From Acidobacteriota bacterium (GTDB lineage Bacteria > Acidobacteriota > Terriglobia > Terriglobales > Acidobacteriaceae): a DNA stretch of 64,000 bases. The notes under the pieces were generated by a model, which was not told the DNA's origin, ran no database searches, and saw only the letters and a program-made list of their open reading frames with translations. Positions within the stretch are counted from its first letter, which is position 1. Each line of letters begins with the position of its first letter. Of the stretch, positions 62,372-64,000 are shown piece by piece. The DNA lies in assembly GCA_028872955.1 (NCBI GenBank), contig JAGWNX010000004.1, positions 26,075-90,074 of the forward strand, in the 5' to 3' direction. The position numbers and the translations under genes were made by a program.

Positions 62372-63099
62372 AACGCATCTGCCATGGCGCCATTCTGGCT
62401 TTTGTCTTGAGCACACCGTGTGCCAGCACGGCGCAGACCCCAACAGGTTCCCCGATGCATCCTGCAGCAAAACGCTCGCAGGGATTTCTCGATTACGCGC
62501 TTGGGAAGATCAATCCCAACGACAAAGACTACGGCGCGTCCGCTGCCGATGCACGCAGTGAGGTGGTTGCGTATACGCTTCAGAACCTCTATTTCTGGTC
62601 GAATGTCGTCAGCCTTACGCTTCTTGCGGCAACCTCGATAGCACTCATTCTGGTTCTGCGCACACAGGACAAGCGCGAGATTATCGCAGCAATGCTCATC
62701 TCTCAACTCTGGAATGGACGCGTCGTTGACCGCAAAGAGATCGTTCAACGCACTGCGATGTACAACGCCGTGGTGGAAGCAAAGAACGCTGCGCTCACCA
62801 TCAAACCGACTGTTACCCCAAGCGAAGAAGCGACCGCTATCCCCGCAAAACCCGCCTCAGACCAGAAACCTTTCAAGAGATCTGGTGTTCAACCGAAGGC
62901 GGCCGTGTCCACCTCGCCATCCTCCGCAGGAGAGACTGGCGGCGCGGGCTCCGGTGAATCGGGACAGGAAGATCTCCTCCTGGGGAACCAGATTCAGGCC
63001 CTCCGCAATTCAGAACGCAACCTTAGAACTCGCCTGAATCAGGTTTCTCAGGATTTAGAGCGGGAGCGACAACGCAACCAGACATTGAAGGGTGCGTAG
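62368..63099 (+). CDS. Hypothetical membrane protein with C-terminal coiled coil
   Basis: Signal-like N-terminus, one TM helix, P/S/T linker, heptad tail; ATGA coupling to virD4. Confidence 0.7.
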   Translation: MKRICHGAILAFVLSTPCASTAQTPTGSPMHPAAKRSQGFLDYALGKINPNDKDYGASAADARSEVVAYTLQNLYFWSNVVSLTLLAATSIALILVLRTQDKREIIAAMLISQLWNGRVVDRKEIVQRTAMYNAVVEAKNAALTIKPTVTPSEEATAIPAKPASDQKPFKRSGVQPKAAVSTSPSSAGETGGAGSGESGQEDLLLGNQIQALRNSERNLRTRLNQVSQDLERERQRNQTLKGA

Positions 63100-63108
63100 G
63101 AGACCGGT

Positions 63109-63774
63109 ATGAAAAAGCGCACTGAGTTTCAGAATCAGGATGACTGGCTGGCATACGTTCGAGCCACTGTGCCTCCCGAGGATGTTCCATTCATTCTCTC
63201 CATGGGCCTCACTGACACCTATCGCGAGTTCTACGAAATGCGTTCGCGGCCTTTTCCTGAGCGTTTCTCTTTGGAGATCGAACGCATCTCTACGCTGGCT
63301 GAACCAGAGCGGACAAAGGAGTTGGACGCCTTGAACGACAGCATCATGGGGGACGCGATTCAATTCCTGATGACCGCAGCGGGAGTATCGACCGGAAGCG
63401 GAACCATGTCCCAATTCACCCCGCGAGGAACGATCGAGGGATTGCAAGAGCATCTGCGCACGAAGAACCCGTATTTTGCCCTGTGGACTCACTATCAGGA
63501 CAACGTAGCGGGACGGGATGGCGCTCCGGATTGGCGCGCCTATGCGATCCAGAAAATGCAGACCAGTGACGATCGAGAGATCGACTTTGCGGTACTGATC
63601 TCCGAATTGGGTAAATGCCTTGAGCTATACCACCAGCGAGAGATGCAGCTACCAAAGCATTTCTACTCTGAGATCTGGTTTCTCTACCGCTCCAACGAAC
63701 CGGAGCGCAATGCGATGACACGCGCGCTGGTGCAGGAATTGGTGGAGGGGTTAGAGCCGTGCGGGTCCGCATAG
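63109..63774 (+). CDS. Hypothetical protein with internal duplication
   Basis: AGGAG SD; two related halves (DWLAY..EPER and DWRAY..EPER). Confidence 0.72.
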   Translation: MKKRTEFQNQDDWLAYVRATVPPEDVPFILSMGLTDTYREFYEMRSRPFPERFSLEIERISTLAEPERTKELDALNDSIMGDAIQFLMTAAGVSTGSGTMSQFTPRGTIEGLQEHLRTKNPYFALWTHYQDNVAGRDGAPDWRAYAIQKMQTSDDREIDFAVLISELGKCLELYHQREMQLPKHFYSEIWFLYRSNEPERNAMTRALVQELVEGLEPCGSA

Positions 63775-64000
63775 TCAGTCTCGGAACTAACTGGTGGTCA
63801 GCGCATCCACAGGATGTGGCCGACCCTTTTTGTTTTCGGCACAATGCTGTGTGGTTCAACTCTGCTGGCTTGAAATATGGCAACAGGCTGCGACTCTGCT
63901 GGGCGTATCCCGGTCAGGTCCGCTTCAATCAATCCAGCGGCTTCAATCCAGAGTTTCCGAATCGCATCCTTGGACGCACATTCGAGTGCAACAAACCGAG

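Larger units (their letters stand above)
40456..64000. mobile_element. Integrative conjugative element inserted at tRNA-Phe; extends beyond the window
   Basis: Integrase and Xis adjacent to the tRNA 3' end, VirB4 and VirD4-type ATPases, other T4SS genes, and a drop in GC with a codon-use shift. Confidence 0.88.

Noticed and set aside
63951-63960. GAGTTTCCGA as a fourth copy of the element motif
   Set aside because: It matches only the 3' half and lacks the GATTTGAC core.
40456-64000. Second att copy (tRNA-Phe 3' end) or a prophage interpretation
   Set aside because: I saw no repeat of TCTGGCCACCA and no capsid, terminase or tail genes. The content is conjugative and the right end lies outside the window.

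Overview
The window has two parts. Positions 1-40455 are high-GC housekeeping chromosome. Gene content and sequence style (VWA protein, MdtABC, PcrA insert) suggest an Acidobacteria member, which is an inference. This part carries an MBOAT/SGNH pair, gyrB, pcrA/uvrD, an APC permease, two adenosine deaminases, rluD, an lgt-like gene, zapB-zapA-6S RNA, split pheS/pheT, mdtABC, glgP and tRNA-Phe(GAA). From 40456 to the window end lies an integrative conjugative element inserted at the tRNA-Phe 3' end. It is visibly lower in GC and carries an integrase, Xis and a VirB/VirD4-like type IV secretion set. The main result is an 854-aa gene (56856-59420) inside the transfer cluster. By manual motif reading it is a single-subunit two-barrel RNA polymerase of the cellular RdRP/YonO-like class, with a catalytic GGDFDYD motif. 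Three element operons share a 21-bp upstream motif (GATTTGACYGAGWTTNSGWTT), a candidate element-specific promoter or operator. The pilin region holds six VirB2-like modules in three genes (1+3+2). No relaxase or right-hand att site falls within the window. All family calls come from manual motif recognition, not database searches.
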